From contig DASSGV010000009.1 in assembly GCA_035693225.1 (NCBI GenBank), positions 16,527 to 80,526 on the forward strand: 64,000 bases of DNA. The letters run 5' to 3'. Position 1 is the stretch's first letter; each line of letters opens with the position of its first letter. This document shows positions 63,133-64,000 of the stretch, piece by piece. Both the position numbers and the translations under genes were made by a program. Origin of the DNA: Gemmatimonadales bacterium (GTDB lineage: Bacteria; Gemmatimonadota; Gemmatimonadetes; Gemmatimonadales; GWC2-71-9). A model generated the notes under the pieces. It was not told the origin of the DNA, did not search any database, and was given only the letters and a program-made list of their open reading frames with translations.

Positions 63133-64000
63133 CCGGCGATCCGTCGCTCGACGAGCAGGTGGTCTTCGGGCCCGGCGATCCCCATACCCCCGCCGGGGAT
63201 CCCGGGGCGTTCCCCTTCACCCGCGGCATTCACCCGGGGATGTACACCGCTCGCCTCTGGACGATGCGGCAGTACGCGGGGTTCGGCACCGCCGAGGAGA
63301 CCAACGAGCGCTTCCGCCAGCTTCTCGCCGCGGGGCAATCGGGCCTTTCCACCGCCTTCGACCTCCCCACCCAGATGGGTTACGACTCCGACCACCCGAT
63401 GGCAGGCGGCGAGGTCGGCCGGGTGGGTGTGGCGATCGACACGGTGGACGACCTGGCCGTGCTCTTCCGTGGCATCGCGCTCGACCAGGTGAGCACGTCG
63501 ATGACGATCAACGCGACCGCGGCCATCCTGCTCGCGATGTACGTGGTGGTGGGCGAGGAGCAGGGCGTGGCGCGCGCCCAGCTCAGCGGCACGGTGCAGA
63601 ATGACGTGCTCAAGGAATACATCGCCCGGGGCACCTACATCTACCCGCCCGAGCCCTCGCTCCGGCTCACGACGGACATCTTCAGCTTCGTGGTCACGGA
63701 GCGGATGCGCTTCAATCCGATCTCGATCTCCGGCTATCATATCCGCGAGGCGGGGGCCACCGCGGCCCAGGAGGTCGCGTTCACGCTGGCCAATGGACTG
63801 GAATACGTGCGGCACGGCGTGGCCGCCGGGGTGCCGCTGGCCGGGTTCGGGCCGCGGCTCAGCTTCTTCTTTGCGGCGCACAACGACCTCTTCGAGGAGG
63901 TCGCCAAGTTCCGCGCCGCGCGGCGCCTCTGGGCCACGCTGGTGCGCGAGCGGTTCCAGGCCGATGACGCCACCGCCCGGCTCCGCTTCCACACCCAGAC
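63129..64000 (+). CDS. Methylmalonyl-CoA mutase family, catalytic (beta/alpha)8 subunit (5' partial, runs off window)
   Basis: My own translation from GTG 63129 (not in the ORF track because there is no stop): ...[59 protein letters not shown]...[12 protein letters not shown]...[13 protein letters not shown]...NDVLKEY. These are hallmark MCM N-terminal-domain motifs. GTGA overlap with fbp. Confidence 0.88.
   Translation, partial: MTGDPSLDEQVVFGPGDPHTPAGDPGAFPFTRGIHPGMYTARLWTMRQYAGFGTAEETNERFRQLLAAGQSGLSTAFDLPTQMGYDSDHPMAGGEVGRVGVAIDTVDDLAVLFRGIALDQVSTSMTINATAAILLAMYVVVGEEQGVARAQLSGTVQNDVLKEYIARGTYIYPPEPSLRLTTDIFSFVVTERMRFNPISISGYHIREAGATAAQEVAFTLANGLEYVRHGVAAGVPLAGFGPRLSFFFAAHNDLFEEVAKFRAARRLWATLVRERFQADDATARLRFHTQ

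Overview
This is a very GC-rich, gene-dense bacterial chromosomal segment (GC judged by eye, not computed). I call about 60 CDS and 2 tRNAs, nearly all on the + strand. I saw no transposase, integrase, phage genes or CRISPR. A lipoprotein signal peptidase, a BamB-like propeller and beta-barrel OMP candidates point to a diderm host. Protein signatures are compatible with a Gemmatimonadota- or Myxococcota-like lineage, but that is inference only.

Layout:
1. 98-5194: ileS, a dksA-type gene, lspA, rluD.
2. 5187-22467: an 18-gene, tightly overlapping cluster. A complete chemosensory pathway (3 CheW, CheY, CheA, CheC, CheR, CheD, CheB) is physically interrupted by an MglA/MglB Ras-like GTPase module. 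That module comes with two extra Roadblock/LC7 proteins, two paralogous PATAN(DUF4388)-TPR proteins, several TPR proteins, and an unusual protein made of two tandem DnaA/Hda-type AAA+ modules with no DNA-binding domain. No MCP receptor is present.
3. 22320-25600: a peptidase-MA-like gene, tRNA-Val, a secreted helical-repeat protein, tRNA-Asp.
4. 25670-40983: a dcw division/cell-wall cluster (rsmH, ftsL, ftsI, murE, murF, mraY, murD, ftsW, murG, murC, ftsQ, ftsA, ftsZ). It lacks mraZ, murB and ddl.
5. 40980-47791: an M23 peptidase, a divergent HisA-like barrel, a vWA membrane protein, ftsY, recG.
6. 47792-64000: housekeeping genes (methyltransferase, BamB-like, asnS, mazG, alr, deoB, cdd, miaB, comFB, comEC, fbp, and a partial methylmalonyl-CoA mutase). 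Two intergenic loci here share a CGCCACT heptamer microsatellite next to hairpin or inverted-repeat elements.

The most interesting candidate for an undescribed system is the Che-Mgl-DnaA-like supercluster. All functional calls come from motif recognition by eye in the supplied translations. No database search was run.
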